Positions 62,451 through 64,000 of a stretch of DNA of 64,000 bases are shown piece after piece (positions within the stretch are counted from its first letter, which is position 1; every line of letters begins with the position of its first letter). Origin of the DNA: Vulcanimicrobiota bacterium (lineage in GTDB: Bacteria > Vulcanimicrobiota > Vulcanimicrobiia > Vulcanimicrobiales > Vulcanimicrobiaceae); NCBI GenBank assembly GCA_963704715.1, contig OY969933.1:135091-199090 (forward strand). The letters are read 5' to 3'. Position numbers and translations under genes: made by a program. The notes under the pieces were generated by a model. The model saw only the letters and a list, made by a program, of their open reading frames with translations, was not told the origin of the DNA and did no database searches.

Positions 62451-64000
62451 CTACGGCGGATTCGCTTGGAGCAGGCGCCCGGCCTCCGTTGCGTCGGCGG
62501 CGTAGACGCCGAGGTGCAGTTCGACCGGGGAACGCGCGAAGACGAGCGTGACGATCTCCGCACCGCGCGCGCGTGCGAGCGTGACGTGCTGTACGTCTCC
62601 CGGGCGCCATCGGAGCACCGCCAGCCGGGTTCCGTGAAGGATGCCGACGTAGGTCTCGCCGGGCGGCGCAAACAGTTCGTCGCCGCGCTCGAATGCAAAG
62701 CCGGAGACGCTCTCGAGCGCCGCCGCCGGTGCGCCGTCGGCGTTAAACGTTTCGTCGATCGTTGCTTCGCTGCCGTCTTGCGGCAGCGACAGTGTGCGGG
62801 TGAAGTGCGCCCCGCCTTCGGGAAGATCCGGCGCATCGTAGGTGCACTCGACGGTTGTCGCGGCCACCGGCGCGTTCGCGCACGCGTACGGGCGATTGAA
62901 GGTCCCGGCCGGTAGCGGATGCGTGTAGGCCGCGATGTAGTCGCGCGGAGAAACGGGCGGCGAAGGAGCGACGGCGTCGCGCAGCAGACCGATGCTCGTC
63001 GCCGCGTTCCCGAGACCGGGTGCGCTCATCTCCCAGATTCGCGCGCCCGCATCCGGCGCAAATGCGATGCGAAGATGCGCTCCGGCCAGCACGTGCGATG
63101 CGTTCGCCGCAAAAGGCGGCGGCGTCGCATCGCCGCCCTGAATCGTAGCGAGCGCGCCAGGCGCGGTGAAGCCGACGGGAATCAATCGCGCGGAACGGGC
63201 CGCGACCGAGAAGCGCGGCACGGTGACGTCGCCGTTAGCGAGCGTTACCGCGAGCGGCCCGAACGCGCGCGCGGCCGTGCTCGGGTTGACCGCGTCGATG
63301 AATCCGTAGCCGGCGTCATCGGCCAACAACAGCGACGCGTCGGAGCTGCCGCCGCGTAACGCCGGTGCGAGCGATGACAGCGTTGACGCGATGCGTCCGC
63401 TGCGCTGAAGACGGCGCAGTTCCCGGGCCGTCGTGGGAACGAGCGCTGCTTGAAGTCGCGGCGTCATCACGATCGGCAGCACGATGCGCCGGTAGCGCTG
63501 CAGATGAGGGTCGTCGGTGTAGGCAACGTCGACGAGCACGCAGGTCAATCCGCGCGCAGAACAGTCGCGCTGCATGGCGATCGTGGCATCTGCAAAGGCG
63601 CGAAAGTCCTGGTTCGTCAAAGCGAGCGATGAGAAGAGGCTCGGCGGCCAAATGATGGCGGCATCGGCTGCGAGATGCGTTCGCGCGAGCGCCGCGCCGT
63701 AGCGGTTTACGTCGGCGCCGAATCCGGCGGTCGGCGCAAAGCGCGCCGACGGCTGCAGGTCCGACGTATAGGCGGCGTCCCACGCATACGACCAGTTCGC
63801 CCACGGAACTTCCCAACCGTCGGGGTAGACCGTATCCTGCACGGGGAAGTTGACGATACCGTGCGTGCCGTCGCGCAACAGTTCGTAGAGCGCCAGCGTC
63901 GTATTGGCGGGATCGGCAGCCCGCGGCCGCGCTTCGTCGGCGCCCTGCAGCCAACCGGCCTGAAACTCGGCGTACATCACCGGGCGGTCGGACTGCGTCT
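62451..64000 (-). CDS. glycoside hydrolase family 35-like (beta-galactosidase) protein, C-terminal about 515 aa; 5' end off-window
   Basis: The frame is still open at the window edge (...TQSDRPVMYAEFQAGWLQG). 'MYAEFQAGW' resembles the GH35 nucleophile region (xEFWxGW). The ATG at 63980 is probably internal. Confidence 0.45.
   Translation of the reverse strand, partial: TQSDRPVMYAEFQAGWLQGADEARPRAADPANTTLALYELLRDGTHGIVNFPVQDTVYPDGWEVPWANWSYAWDAAYTSDLQPSARFAPTAGFGADVNRYGAALARTHLAADAAIIWPPSLFSSLALTNQDFRAFADATIAMQRDCSARGLTCVLVDVAYTDDPHLQRYRRIVLPIVMTPRLQAALVPTTARELRRLQRSGRIASTLSSLAPALRGGSSDASLLLADDAGYGFIDAVNPSTAARAFGPLAVTLANGDVTVPRFSVAARSARLIPVGFTAPGALATIQGGDATPPPFAANASHVLAGAHLRIAFAPDAGARIWEMSAPGLGNAATSIGLLRDAVAPSPPVSPRDYIAAYTHPLPAGTFNRPYACANAPVAATTVECTYDAPDLPEGGAHFTRTLSLPQDGSEATIDETFNADGAPAAALESVSGFAFERGDELFAPPGETYVGILHGTRLAVLRWRPGDVQHVTLARARGAEIVTLVFARSPVELHLGVYAADATEAGRLLQANPP

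Noticed and set aside
62249-62836. The upstream extension of track ORF 61262..62836 (524 aa)
   Set aside because: The extension runs across the tRNA-Leu gene and is Arg/Ser-rich shadow sequence. A signal peptide begins right after GTG 62248.

Overview
GC-rich (by eye roughly two-thirds G+C), very gene-dense bacterial chromosomal segment. I call about 70 protein genes and 7 tRNA genes. I found no rRNA, no CRISPR array and no transposase or integrase ORF. Most of the window is housekeeping: M16 peptidase, Amj-like flippase, glpX, an NAD block (CN-hydrolase, nadE, cinA), metY, leuCD, rpmE-prfA-prmC, pyrG, aroA, HU and SOD. It also holds a long Firmicutes-style conserved block (rpsU-yqeY-nfeD-floA...phoH-ybeY-dgkA-corC-recO-ruvX-mltG-DUF1292). 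Many long Arg/Pro-rich ORFs in the six-frame track are GC-driven shadow frames, and several real genes start well inside their track ORF. Operon junctions are typically 4-nt ATGA/GTGA overlaps. The items most worth a second look are these. (1) An orphan LuxC-like/LuxE-like acyl-activation and reduction pair joined to a class-III aminotransferase and a Gfo/Idh/MocA oxidoreductase (14.0-20.1 kb), with no luciferase genes; I read it as a possible carboxylate -> aldehyde -> amine module of unknown product. (2) A 262-bp MITE-like element with 27-bp terminal inverted repeats and a 10-bp target duplication, inserted exactly at the nadE/sirC-like stop/start junction. (3) A tRNA-rich patch (43.4-46.7 kb) carrying lower-GC cargo (a two-lobed retropepsin-like protease and a small CxxC protein), a palindromic copy of a tRNA-Ser 3' half, and a short dispersed repeat family. 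(4) A BlaI / BlaR1-TonB-C pair with duplicated palindromic operators facing a phosphoesterase lipoprotein. (5) Apparent non-canonical (ATT/CTG) start codons and leaderless-type promoters. (6) A strikingly low-GC outer-membrane beta-barrel gene next to tRNA-Leu. All family calls come from motif recognition by eye. No database search was run.
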